64,000 nt of DNA from Phototrophicaceae bacterium (GCA_965208235.1 OZ242327.1:780526-844525); one strand, 5' to 3'; counted from the stretch's first letter, positions 17,321 to 27,500 are shown. Made by a program: numbers and translations. Notes: generated from the sequence alone by a model not told the origin.

Positions 17321-18997
17321 ATGCGACTGCCCATCATTTCCAGTTTGCTACTTCTCGTTGTTGCTTCAGGATGCGCGTTTCCTGGCGCAACAGAAAATTC
17401 AGTTGCCGCGCAAGCCGCGACAGCTGTTTCTGAAGGGGGAACTACAGCGGCGAGCGCGCCATTGGCAACAGCAACGCCGCAAATACCGCAGATAAAGCTT
17501 TCGCCCACCGGCAATTCGCGGCAAACAGAAAGGGGCGCTACCGCGACGCTCCCCCCGCAATTGGCATCCCGTTTTGCCGACGCGACCGGGGACGCCGGCG
17601 CCGCGACAGGCAACTCGCAATCCTTGAACAATGTTTCAGAGTATGTCGTGGCTTGGGGCGATACCTTGTCAAGGATCGCCTCAATTCACGGGCTGTCAAT
17701 AGAAACACTGGTGGCAATAAACGACTTGCAGAACCCCGACTTGCTAAAGGTTGGACAAATCATCAAGCTGCCGAGGCCGCCCGAAGCAAATGGATCGTCG
17801 TTTCACATTCTGCCGGATACGAGGCTAGTGCGTTCCTATGGGGCTCAATCGTTTGATGTCCAGGAATATGTTCACGGGCAACCCGGCATATTGCGGAAAA
17901 TGGGCAGCACCGCTGTGTCGCGTCAAGCGGACGGCAGGACCGTCAATATCGCCCTGTCGGCTAGCGAAACCGTGCAACGGGTCTCCCTGGAGTACAGCGT
18001 CGATCCACGTGTCTTGCTGGCCTTCCTGGAATACCGGGCCGGGCTGCTTTCAAATCTTGATGTCGAAGGCGGGCAGTTGCTTTATCCCTTATTCTCGCCA
18101 GAAGCGCTAGGCGGCATTAACCGGCCCGGGCTATATGCCCAGTTGAGCTGGTTAGCTGACCAACTCAACTATGGATATTACGGCAAAAAATATCGCGGCG
18201 ACGCTATTATTGATTTCGCCGATGGCAGCCGCTTGCTTTATCATGATGATCTAAACCCCGGTAGCGCCGCGATTCAACATGTTTTCGCCAGAACAAGCTC
18301 CGGAGCGAGTTGGACGCATGATGTTGGCGACGGAGGCTTCTATCTCGTATATCGCAGCCTGTTTGGGGACCCTTTTGCAGATTACGAGCAGGAGGATGCC
18401 AGCGAGTTAAGACAGCCCAAGCTGAGCCTGCCGTTTCGACCGGGCGAGGTTTGGCGATTTACGGGCGGGCATCATGGCGGCTGGGGAAACGGCAGCGCTT
18501 GGGCTTCGGTCGATTTCGCCCCGCCCAAAGAGGCTGGTCCGGCGCCCTATTGTTATACGAGCAGTTTTCCTGTTACCGCGGTCGCGCGCGGCAAAATTGC
18601 CAGGCTGTCCGAAGGCGCTGTAATTCTGGATCTCGATCTGGACGGGGATGAGGGAAGTGGCTGGACAATCTTGTATTTGCACACCACCCATGCGGAGTCA
18701 TTGGAATTGGGGCAGATTGTGGAAGCAGGCGAGGTCTTGGGTTACCCCTCGTGCCAAGGCGGCTATTCAACAGCGACTCATCTACATATTGCCCGCCGCT
18801 ACAATGGCGAATGGATACCGGCCGACTGTGTCAATTGCCCGGTTTCGCTGCGTATACCGCCTTTTACAATGAGCGATTGGCAAGTGGTCGGATTGAAAAA
18901 TCAAGCATATCAGGGTTTTATGGTCAACTCGGCGGATAACCGCAGTGTGATTGCCGAGCAGGGTAGAAACACGACTATAAATCAAATATCATGGTAA
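17321..18997 (+). CDS. LysM-domain M23 peptidoglycan metalloendopeptidase lipoprotein
   Basis: Lipoprotein signal MRLPIISSLLLLVVASGC. LysM: YVVAWGDTLSRIASIHGLSIETLVAINDLQNPDLLKVGQIIKLP. M23-like C-terminus: GGHHGGWG...ASVDF...LYLHT...GYSTATHLHIARRYNGEWIP. Confidence 0.8.
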   Translation: MRLPIISSLLLLVVASGCAFPGATENSVAAQAATAVSEGGTTAASAPLATATPQIPQIKLSPTGNSRQTERGATATLPPQLASRFADATGDAGAATGNSQSLNNVSEYVVAWGDTLSRIASIHGLSIETLVAINDLQNPDLLKVGQIIKLPRPPEANGSSFHILPDTRLVRSYGAQSFDVQEYVHGQPGILRKMGSTAVSRQADGRTVNIALSASETVQRVSLEYSVDPRVLLAFLEYRAGLLSNLDVEGGQLLYPLFSPEALGGINRPGLYAQLSWLADQLNYGYYGKKYRGDAIIDFADGSRLLYHDDLNPGSAAIQHVFARTSSGASWTHDVGDGGFYLVYRSLFGDPFADYEQEDASELRQPKLSLPFRPGEVWRFTGGHHGGWGNGSAWASVDFAPPKEAGPAPYCYTSSFPVTAVARGKIARLSEGAVILDLDLDGDEGSGWTILYLHTTHAESLELGQIVEAGEVLGYPSCQGGYSTATHLHIARRYNGEWIPADCVNCPVSLRIPPFTMSDWQVVGLKNQAYQGFMVNSADNRSVIAEQGRNTTINQISW

Positions 18998-19013
18998 CAA
19001 GCTAATATCCAAG

Positions 19014-19781
19014 ATGTATGAATTGCTTTGGTTCCTGAGCTCGACAGCGCTGATCTGGATACTGGCGGCGCCGAACGTTGTCGTGGGAGCGCAGGCGCAA
19101 CGAACCGCCACAGCCATTACCGTCAGGCTTGTGACCGCAACACCGCCAGGCGCCCAGCCGTTTCCTCCAACAGTTACTAGCCTGCCTACAGCGACTTTGC
19201 CGGGTCCAGCCTTCCTCCAGGCCCCCGTGACCGCCGGCAATATCAACGTTCGCGCTGCTCCCAATCTGGATAGCGAGGTCCTGGGGACGATTTCCTTCGG
19301 CGCCCTCTATCCAGCCCTGCGCCGTTACTTTCAGTGGTACGAATTGCGCTACGAGCCCTCTCCAAATGGCAGAGCGTGGGTCTACGGAGAACTGGTAGAG
19401 GTAACAGGTGATTTAGATAACATTCAAGTTGTGGACAATTTTGCGGATATCAGCGTTATTCCAGGCGACGGTAACAGCCTTGAAGCGGAGGACGAGGTCG
19501 CAGCCGCGGAATCGGACGACGATTCGCGCGTTTTGGTTATCTCCACGGAAGATGGGGCGGCAGGACGCTCAGAAGCCGAAAGAATGGCGTCTCCCTTGCC
19601 AACCTTTACGCGTCCTCCAGATTTGCCAGCTATTATTCCGACCGGCAACATTGACGCGCCGACTCAAAATGAAGCCCGCACTGATCCCGACCGCCGCTCG
19701 CAACTCCCGCCTTTGTTTCCGATCGTGATGCTCGCTGGATTCGGCCTTGTCGGCCTGCTGATTAACTTGATCCGTCAGTGA
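19014..19781 (+). CDS. Secreted SH3b-domain protein with C-terminal TM anchor
   Basis: Signal-like N-terminus. SH3b-like GNINVRAAPNLDSEVLGTISFGALYPALRRYFQWYELRY...AWVYGELVEV. An acidic linker precedes the C-terminal TM LFPIVMLAGFGLVGLLINLI. Confidence 0.55.
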   Translation: MYELLWFLSSTALIWILAAPNVVVGAQAQRTATAITVRLVTATPPGAQPFPPTVTSLPTATLPGPAFLQAPVTAGNINVRAAPNLDSEVLGTISFGALYPALRRYFQWYELRYEPSPNGRAWVYGELVEVTGDLDNIQVVDNFADISVIPGDGNSLEAEDEVAAAESDDDSRVLVISTEDGAAGRSEAERMASPLPTFTRPPDLPAIIPTGNIDAPTQNEARTDPDRRSQLPPLFPIVMLAGFGLVGLLINLIRQ

Positions 19782-19860
19782 ATCTCAGTTGCAGCCAACC
19801 GATACCTAACCGCCGAGTGGCGGGCAAGTCTTGCGGAGTATTGCGTGCGCAATGGCTATT

Positions 19861-20286
19861 CTAGTAGCTGCTACAGGTGCCGCAACCTTCAGTGGCTGCG
19901 CCACTTTGGTCATCAGAGGACTTAAAGGAGTGTCCGCAGCCGCAACTGGAAACGGCGTTAGGATTGTCGATGCGAAAGCCTCCGCCGATGAGGGTATCGA
20001 CGTAATCGATCGTCGCTCCGCGCAGATACATCATACTGGTTGGATCCACTAGCAGGCGTACACTATCGGCTGATACCACAGTATCACCAGCCTCGGCAGA
20101 TTCCTGAAACGCCATGCCGTATTGCATGCCCGAGCAACCGCCGCCTGTCACGAAGACGCGCAGTGCATGCTCGGGAATCTCGCGCTGATCCAGCAAATCC
20201 TTGATGATGGCGACGGCCGCCGGCGTTACGGTCAATACGGAACTATCCACTTGAACTGCTGTCTGCATTTGCTGAGCGAGCGCCAT
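19861..20286 (-). CDS. Fe-S cluster assembly A-type carrier (IscA/ErpA/HesB family) with a Cys-containing C-terminal extension
   Basis: LRVFVTGGGCSGMQYGMAF and IDNPNAVSSCGCGHSF are the three conserved Cys of A-type carriers. An extra tail KSSDDQSGAATEGCGTCSSY follows. Confidence 0.85.
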   Translation of the reverse strand: MALAQQMQTAVQVDSSVLTVTPAAVAIIKDLLDQREIPEHALRVFVTGGGCSGMQYGMAFQESAEAGDTVVSADSVRLLVDPTSMMYLRGATIDYVDTLIGGGFRIDNPNAVSSCGCGHSFKSSDDQSGAATEGCGTCSSY

Positions 20287-20355
20287 GGTCTTTCCTCTCC
20301 CTGTATCAGATCCGCCGTCAGTTTAACATAGGTCACACAAGATGTCAATTTCGCA

Positions 20356-20532
20356 TAAGCCTATGGGTGTATTTCAGATTATTGGCAATTAACCACCGAG
20401 GACACCGAGAGCACCGAGATTTAAGCTCTTGCCTGCCAAAAAGGAGGCGATGTAGGGGCGTTTCGCTGAAACGCCCGCAAACAGAAATGATCTTTGTATT
20501 TCTCTGTGCGCTCTGTGGCTCTGTGGTGAGTT
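20356..20532. repeat. Interspersed palindromic repeat element, copy A (two inverted arms plus central hairpin)
   Basis: Arm TTAACCACCGAGGACACCGAGAGCACCGAGA (20389-20419) is imperfectly complementary to CTTTGTATTTCTCTGTGCGCTCTGTGGCTCTGTGGTGAGTT (20491-20532). The central perfect hairpin is GGGCGTTTC-GCT-GAAACGCCC (20456-20476). Confidence 0.75.
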
Positions 20533-20618
20533 TTAGTTTGTTCGTTGCATTGCTCCACAAGATACCATTTTTGAAGCGGTTGCCCTGTGGACATCTGCCA
20601 AAATATTGAAATGCACCC

Positions 20619-20740
20619 TAAGCCTATCCCAGGGCAATCGCGCCAGGCTTTTCTTAACCACCGAGGACGCCGAGGGGCGCGTAGACACAGCCCGCCGACA
20701 CAGAGTTTAAGTTTTTTTCGACACTCCTGCCGCCAAAGTC
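20619..20740. repeat. Interspersed repeat element, copy B (single arm, degenerate)
   Basis: TAAGCCTAT...CTTAACCACCGAGGACGCCGAGGGGCGCGTAGACACAGCCCGCCGACACAGAGTTTAAG parallels copy A (TAAGCCTAT...TTAACCACCGAGGACACCGAG...GATTTAAG). The GCGTAGACAC core matches the complement of copies C and D. Confidence 0.65.
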
Positions 20741-20886
20741 AACGCCATGAGGGATTGCCCCTTAATTCAGTGTTTATTGATTTGCGCGAAATTAACCCTG
20801 AACATATACTGAAATCGCTAACACGTTGAAATGTTTCGCCAATCTTGTCCAATTGGGACAATATATTGAATATGTGGGGGGGGGAT

Positions 20887-21717
20887 ATGAAATCCTGCTA
20901 TAGTTGTCGTTTAGGTTTGGTCTTGTTAGTCGTTTTGCTTTTGCTAGCGACATTTCCAATAACGGGCTTTGCGCAATCACCACATTTGGTGGTCAACACG
21001 CACCGCCTGAATGTTCGTAACGGTCCGGGAGTCGGCCATCACATCATTACTTCGGTTCCAGGGGGCACCGAGCTGCCGGTGATCGCAATTGACAGCGGCG
21101 GGCTGTGGTATCAGGTTGATAGCCCCTTGGCAAGCGGCTGGGTCAACTCCAGTTATACCATCCCGCGCGGCGCTTTCTCCGGCATACCGAGAATTGGCAG
21201 GCCAACCGACCAGCCAACGGTCGCTCCCGGCACGCCTCACTTGGTTGTGAATACCGGTTACCTGAATGTCAGGAGCGGTCCGGGCATTGGCCATAGCATC
21301 ATTATGACAGTGGCTGGAGGCACCGAACTGCCGGTCATCTCGATTGGCAGCGACAACCTGTGGTATCAAGTGAATTCTCCGGCAGGTCCGGGCTGGGTCA
21401 ATTCGTATTACACGGTGACCCGCGGCAGTTTCGCAAGTTTGCGCCAACCCCGTCCACTGGACAACCCGGCGACGCCGACGCTGTCCGGTGCGACGCCGCG
21501 CGCGGTTGTGAACACGCATCGGCTGAACATTCGCACTGGCCCCGGCGCCAATTACGACATCATCACCAGCGTTCCCGGCGGATCGCATCTGGCGGTTTTG
21601 GGGCTTTCGCGCGGGCGGGGCTGGTACCTGGTCGAAGGCAGTTTTGGTCAAGGCTGGCTCAATAACGATTTCGTAGTATTCCGTGGCGACTTCAGCCGGG
21701 TATCTGTAGTCCAGTAG
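20887..21717 (+). CDS. Secreted protein with three tandem SH3b domains
   Basis: The ATG at 20887 gives signal MKSCYSCRLGLVLLVVLLLLATFPITGFA. There are three units of 66 aa at about 84-aa spacing (nt 20980-21177, 21235-21432, 21496-21693), each PHLVVNT.(R/Y)LNVR.GPG.GH.II..V.GGTELPVI.I....LWYQV.S....GWVNS.YT..RG.F. Confidence 0.75.
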   Translation: MKSCYSCRLGLVLLVVLLLLATFPITGFAQSPHLVVNTHRLNVRNGPGVGHHIITSVPGGTELPVIAIDSGGLWYQVDSPLASGWVNSSYTIPRGAFSGIPRIGRPTDQPTVAPGTPHLVVNTGYLNVRSGPGIGHSIIMTVAGGTELPVISIGSDNLWYQVNSPAGPGWVNSYYTVTRGSFASLRQPRPLDNPATPTLSGATPRAVVNTHRLNIRTGPGANYDIITSVPGGSHLAVLGLSRGRGWYLVEGSFGQGWLNNDFVVFRGDFSRVSVVQ

Positions 21718-21776
21718 CTGACGGTTCCCGTTGAACTATACAAGTAAGCGTAGAATGCGCCCCATCATCCGGTGGG

Positions 21777-23819
21777 GTGTATTTCTTTGGGCATAACATA
21801 ATGTTAAACGCAGCGGAGAGAATGAAATCAATAGGCCGGCGCGCCACCCCCGGTCCCTCAGCCTCCTCGATATTTGGCAGCACTGCCATCTTGTCCGACT
21901 CCCTCAATACAGAAGATCCTTTTCGCATCGCTGTCTATCCGATTATCAGCGATACGATGCCCGAGCTCGCGATGGGGATCGCATCCTGCCTCTGCTACTT
22001 GCTGGAGCAGTGGCCGGGCGTCAAGGTATATCGTTGTTTTGTCAAGATAGAAGCGGAGGAAGATGACAGCGACCTCACCAGCGACGATTACCAGTTCTCA
22101 CCGGCTGACTGGGAACTGGATGGGCTTGACGACAATTTGCTGCTGCATGGATCCGCAACTTTTCATGAGGGGGCAGCGCAACTGCAACTCCACATCGACG
22201 CGAGCATGGTCAATGTGGAAATAGACCGTATTCTTACATTCGATTATCAGAGCGTTCCGGAACTCATAGAGGCTTTGACGACAGTCGCCGCGGAACTTGT
22301 GTTGAATCTTTTTGATCAAGAGCCGCTTCATCTGGTGATTGATTATCCCAAGTTTGAACAGAACTCCGTTGTTCTTCAAAGCATGCTCGAAGACCTGTTC
22401 GCCTGGAATCTGGACCTTTATTTGAGCCATTGGGGCGTCGAGTGGCCAGCCGATGAAATCGAATCGCAATTCCTGTCCCTCGCCGAGATCTGCCGCGAAA
22501 TCGGAAGCGTTTTCGCTTTTTGGTGCCTCGGAATGGCCTGCCAACAGATAATGCAATTAGGTCTGGAGGGGGTGGGAGAGGCGCTCGTCCCGCTTGTCGA
22601 CCGCGCCTTTGGGGAGGCCGGCGCAGCCGTGCGGGGCCGGGCGCTGGCAGCGCTGGGCTTAAGCAGGTTGGGCCACGTCGATCCCGCGCTGACGACGCTC
22701 GAGGAGCTAGCGGCAAACAGCCCGGAACCAAGCCTATGGTATACATTGATCGAGATTTTCCTCGACGCCGGACGCGCGTCGGAGGCGATCGACGCTTGCC
22801 AAAGAGCGCTGGAAACCGGCCTTGAGCATCCTGCGCTGTACTGGAAATATGCCGAGCTTTTAATTATATCCGAGACGAACAACTGGTTAATCGAAGATGT
22901 GCTGCTGATTGACCCCGACGACATCGACGAAAGCGAACAGATTCCCGGCGAAATTATTGCCGCGTTAAAGACATTGTTGAAGTCGCAGCCAAACAATCTA
23001 GGGGCGCTGCAACTGGCGCTGATGTACATGATTGATGTCGAAGACCTTGAATTGTGGGACTACTTCGAGCAATTGGTCAAACGTGATGAGCATTCTGCAT
23101 ATCTGGGCGAGATCATCGAAAGGTTGGCTGATACCGAATCATTGACGCCGGCATATCAGATTTTGCAGAACGCGATTGCCGAGCCCGCTGGAAATCCATA
23201 CTTATATGCTAATTTGGCGCGGCTAGCCATCGTCGACGGCAAGTCCCAAATGGCCAAGCAACAACTGCAAGAATGCCGGCGCGTTACAGAAACTGTTGAT
23301 GAGGAATTGGAACTGGAATTGCAGAGGCTGGAACTTTCTGCCGAACGGCCGGGTTTTGAACAAAGTTTCGCCGAGATCAAAGTATTGCTGAACGCGAAGC
23401 GATCCATTCGCGAAAGCGACGTGGAACTGCTGGAAGAAGCCATTGAAATCGCGCCGAGAATGATAGACCTCTATGTCACATTGTCGCGTTGCTATTTGCA
23501 CTGGCAAGATAAAGACAGCGCTATTGAGGTATTGACCGAAGCAAAGAATCGAGCCGGAAATCATCCTCGGATCGTCTTGAGCATGGCGCAGATCCAGTGG
23601 ACAGGCATGATGCGCGACGAGGCTATCTTGAGGCTGAACGCCGGAATCGCCGAATTCCCAAACGATGTTTCCTTGTTGGCGCAGACTGCCAGCTATCTGA
23701 TAGAGAATGGCCAGCCAGACGATGCGAAACAGTTTGTCGAGCGGGCGGAAAGCATCGCGCCATCGCACGGCGCGCTAATGCAATTGAGGCGCTTCATTGC
23801 CGAGAGCATATCGGACTAG
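21777..23819 (+). CDS. Large TPR/helical-repeat protein
   Basis: 680-aa ORF with a GTG start. ATG alternatives exist at 21801 and 21822, so the start is unresolved. The C-terminal half has TPR-like units (PYLYANLARLAIVDGKSQMAKQQL, IDLYVTLSRCYLHWQDKDSAIEVLTEA, VSLLAQTASYLIENGQPDDAKQFVERA). Confidence 0.6.
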   Translation: MYFFGHNIMLNAAERMKSIGRRATPGPSASSIFGSTAILSDSLNTEDPFRIAVYPIISDTMPELAMGIASCLCYLLEQWPGVKVYRCFVKIEAEEDDSDLTSDDYQFSPADWELDGLDDNLLLHGSATFHEGAAQLQLHIDASMVNVEIDRILTFDYQSVPELIEALTTVAAELVLNLFDQEPLHLVIDYPKFEQNSVVLQSMLEDLFAWNLDLYLSHWGVEWPADEIESQFLSLAEICREIGSVFAFWCLGMACQQIMQLGLEGVGEALVPLVDRAFGEAGAAVRGRALAALGLSRLGHVDPALTTLEELAANSPEPSLWYTLIEIFLDAGRASEAIDACQRALETGLEHPALYWKYAELLIISETNNWLIEDVLLIDPDDIDESEQIPGEIIAALKTLLKSQPNNLGALQLALMYMIDVEDLELWDYFEQLVKRDEHSAYLGEIIERLADTESLTPAYQILQNAIAEPAGNPYLYANLARLAIVDGKSQMAKQQLQECRRVTETVDEELELELQRLELSAERPGFEQSFAEIKVLLNAKRSIRESDVELLEEAIEIAPRMIDLYVTLSRCYLHWQDKDSAIEVLTEAKNRAGNHPRIVLSMAQIQWTGMMRDEAILRLNAGIAEFPNDVSLLAQTASYLIENGQPDDAKQFVERAESIAPSHGALMQLRRFIAESISD

Positions 23820-23820
23820 C

Positions 23821-24432
23821 TTAGGACAGATTGACCAAAGAAACCTGGGCGGAAGTACGCTCTTGCAGATCCACGGAAAAAGCCGCCAAATCATCGGTGG
23901 CGAATCTCGCTATAATCAGAACCTGTGCCGCAAATTCTTCCTCCTGGATTTCTCCACGGTAGGATGCGATTAGCCTTTTGACGATGTTGTAAAGCGAATA
24001 GGGCATCTCGAGACCAATCACTCGCTTCTCGACTTTCAGTTCCGTTTTCAGGATTGACAGCGCTGCTTGCGCCGACTCGGTATAGGCGCGCACCAATCCG
24101 CCAGTCCCCAGCTTGGTACCGCCAAAGTAGCGCGCCGTCACCAAGGCGATGTCCCCGACCCCCGAACCGCGGAGCACCGCCAGTGTAGGCGGGCCGGAGG
24201 TGCCCGTCGGTTCGCCATCGTCGCTCATGCCTTCCGTCACCGACTTCCCGAAGCCGACGCGAAAAGCGTAAACATGGTGGTTCGCATCCGGCATTTCCTC
24301 GCGCAGGCGGGCGATGACAGCACGCGACTCCGGCACGGAAGCCGCCAGTAGCGCGGTGGAAATAAATCGCGATTTTTTGATGACGATTTCTGTTCGAACC
24401 TGCGCGGCCGGGATCAAGTAGCTGGAGGGCAT
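23821..24432 (-). CDS. yigZ: YigZ/IMPACT-family (UPF0029) protein
   Basis: IKKSRFISTALLAASV...ANHHVYAFRVG...DGEPTGTSGPP...VTARYFGGTKLGTGGLVRAY is the family signature. Confidence 0.8.
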   Translation of the reverse strand: MPSSYLIPAAQVRTEIVIKKSRFISTALLAASVPESRAVIARLREEMPDANHHVYAFRVGFGKSVTEGMSDDGEPTGTSGPPTLAVLRGSGVGDIALVTARYFGGTKLGTGGLVRAYTESAQAALSILKTELKVEKRVIGLEMPYSLYNIVKRLIASYRGEIQEEEFAAQVLIIARFATDDLAAFSVDLQERTSAQVSLVNLS

Positions 24433-24554
24433 CCGCGATTGTCTTTCGTTGTCGATTTAGGATCTCCAGGTGTATCGGACTGATGGATCGGAACTGCGAC
24501 GCATATTTAACTCTTTATACATCTGTTTCTATAGGGTTATTTCACTATAGTCGT

Positions 24555-27500
24555 TTACACGTATTCAGTCACTTCGAGAGCGATCCTAAACTCATCAATG
24601 TGATTGGCAGTGAATGTGACAAGTAATGATTTTCCACAAAGCTCCACAGAGATATCGTGCCCTTGACCTTCTTCCGATGATCTAATCTGGTCGAGAATGT
24701 CCAAATCTGGCGTGCTTCGTTCACCATGCTTCCATTGAGCCGCATGATGGGCGCACAGGCATACTGCGTTTCTCGGATGATCCAACCACTGCGCGCTTGT
24801 GCGCGGGATGATGTGAACGGCCTCAAAATATGGCGAACCGTCCCTTTTGAGGAATGAATGTCCACAGCCATGAATCTGGCAACCTCCGGGATACTTTTCT
24901 TTCAGAAACTTTCGTGTCTCGGGGTTTTTAGGTTTCCAGCTTCTTTTGATTCTTAATTCATATCGGTCTTCTGGATCGGGTTCGTTGCCGATTTCGAGCT
25001 CGGCTTTGACCCGCTTGTCCTCGAAAGTATCCTCAAAATGGTCGTAATCCGGTGGTCTAGGGATTGGCGGCGACCCACTCCGGTTAAAGCCGCTCCCAAG
25101 TTCGGACGAGTATTCGTCGGGCTCCAATGTCTGGACGGTTTCTCGCTCCTTTTCTTTCTTTTCGTCATATAACCGAAGCGCCTCTGCGATCGCTTCGGGT
25201 GAACGCCCGTCAATTAGTTCAAGCTTTCGTCGTTCGCTGCTGGGAGTGTCGTCGCGCTCAAGCAGATCCTGGATGCTTTTATTTGCTGTGCGCATGCCAA
25301 GCGCATTCGCTAGCTTATCGTCTTTGTAAAGATCGTCTGGTAAGTCTTCTAGCGAAAGCTCCGATGGCTTTACGAAGTTCCCATTACAGTCCGGCAACCA
25401 GGCTTTTTCGCGGACGAGTTTCCCCACGATTGAGACTTGCTCATTAATCTCTGTGAATCCATCAAAATACTGTCTTGTAGAAGACTCGACCTCACCTGAA
25501 ATGCAATTTTTGTTCGGCAATAGCAGCTCATTCCAAATGAATTTAGACCGTTCAATGGTGGGACGCCTCAATGCAAACTCAAGTCCGTCAATTTTGAAGT
25601 CGGGATCAAATCCATTCAATCCGCGCTTATGTGGATTAGAAAGACTTCCATAATGCGGTCTGCAAATCGTTACATGTCCGAAGTAGCTTGCTTGTTGTAG
25701 CCATTGCCTCACATCTTTGGAGATATCTAGTTGCTCAAGATGTCGAACACTGACATACGGATCATAACACTCAGAAATAAACCAAGCGTCAGGATTTCCT
25801 TCAAAATACATTTCCAGTTGCGAATTGCGGATATATAAATTATCGCCCGGTTTGCGAAAAGCGGAGTCACCCACCGCGTTTTTCGCCCAAAGAAACGGGG
25901 TTTTTGTCAATAAGTCTATTAGCTTTGTCTGCCGCTGTTGCGAGTCGTCGCCTAGCGCTTTTACAATTAACTTGATGTCTTCCCAATGTTCAGCGTCATC
26001 GATTTCTACTGATGCCGTGTATTTCGGAAGGAGAAAATCAATAACTTCGTCAGTTATATCTGGTTTCTTAAGCCCAAGATTCTTGAGGAACCCGAGCGAT
26101 TTATCGCTGTCGCAGACTTCGCGCTTGACTGTTGGAAAGCGACTTTCGTGTTCTGAAGGCAAGTAAGCTTGGGGATCGTCGCCATGCAACGGCTTGACAT
26201 GCTTGCCATCTACCAGACGGATAATGGACTTTTGCTTCAATATGTTGAATGGACTGGAAGAGAAATATGATCGGCTGTCAAATGTGGAGGCGTATTCATA
26301 GAAGTCGCGAATCCAGTCGTCGGATTGACGGGATAAAAAATCTTCATCAATTCTTCTTGCGAGTTTTTCTGGATCAAGTTCCTCAATTTCGACCTTATCC
26401 CTGAGATATGTCCAAAGCTCTTGAGTTCGCTGTGCTGTTGTTATTTCAGCAGATACCCACCGAGATGCCTCCTTTGAATCGAGAATCCGTGGCAATTGCT
26501 CGTCATCCAGTAGTTTGCGTAACGCTTCGCTTCCCCCTAAGACTGCCTCTTGTCCTGACACGTAATGACCGTCGTATGCAGGTATAAGTGGTTCTTCCTT
26601 TATGGCTGCTAGAAATCTGTCATAAATGGGGGTGAAAATAGTTTCAACATATCTGTAAGACTTATAGTCGCGGAATTTGTCGTATTCTAGCGGCATCGTA
26701 TTCAATATATTGACGGTTAGCCAATCCCGATCGCGCAGCCACCGCAGCGCCTCCACGACCAGTTCACCGGTTTCTTCGACTAGCGAGATGTTGAAGCCTT
26801 TATTGTCCTTCGGGATATCGTCACGAGCGGAATTCGTCATGTAGGGACCCTGCACCAAAAAACCCAGATGAGTTTCCCGCTCAGTAGGAAAAAATACATT
26901 AACGCATGATTGCGACAATTTGATGATATTGGGCCGGCCATTCTGCTCATATTCCGAAACCAGAAAGGCAATCTGTACTGTGAGGCTAGAATTATCTGCA
27001 AACTGGTGATTATCACCTACCGGATGAGCAATGTTCCTCTCGAAGACCAGCCACTTCTCTTCGGTTTGCTCACCAGAACGTTCGTCGATTACCGCAACCT
27101 GCTTGATGAAATCCAGTTCAAGGAAATCAGCTCTTTGCCTGAGGTAAGTTCCACTGTTGCCATCTTCAATTCTGTACGAGACTTCGTCGATATTTCTTAG
27201 GAATAACAATGTACGAGCGCCCAGGTCTTGCAGCCCTTCGGCAATCACGTGATGCGATTCTTCTCCAGATTTGTTCGCATGATTGAAAGGAAAGACAAAT
27301 AGCGTTCGCGTTGTAATTGAACGCGCACCTGTCGAGCGTGGTTGCACGTAATTGTCGATGGCGAAGTGTTCATCTTCCGAATGAATTTCTGGCGACGACG
27401 TATGGGCATATACAGACTTAAAGCCGATTCCAAACTTCCCTATCTTGTTGATATCGTCTCGCTTCGTGCCGATTACGAGTCCGCAAATGCCTCGAACATC

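Noticed and set aside
20345-20829. Small ORFs 20345..20560 (-), 20367..20609 (+) and 20587..20829 (+)
   Set aside because: Their peptides (HRGHREHRD, LCALCGSVVS, NHRGRRGARRH) are what the interspersed repeat arms give when translated. There is no SD and no coding-like composition.
24433-24554. att-type direct repeat of the tRNA-Glu 3' half at the far end of the AT-rich islet
   Set aside because: The only resemblance I found is TTAGGATCTCC against ATAGGAGACTC, which is too weak to call. A computational search is needed, so the islet is not annotated as a mobile element.
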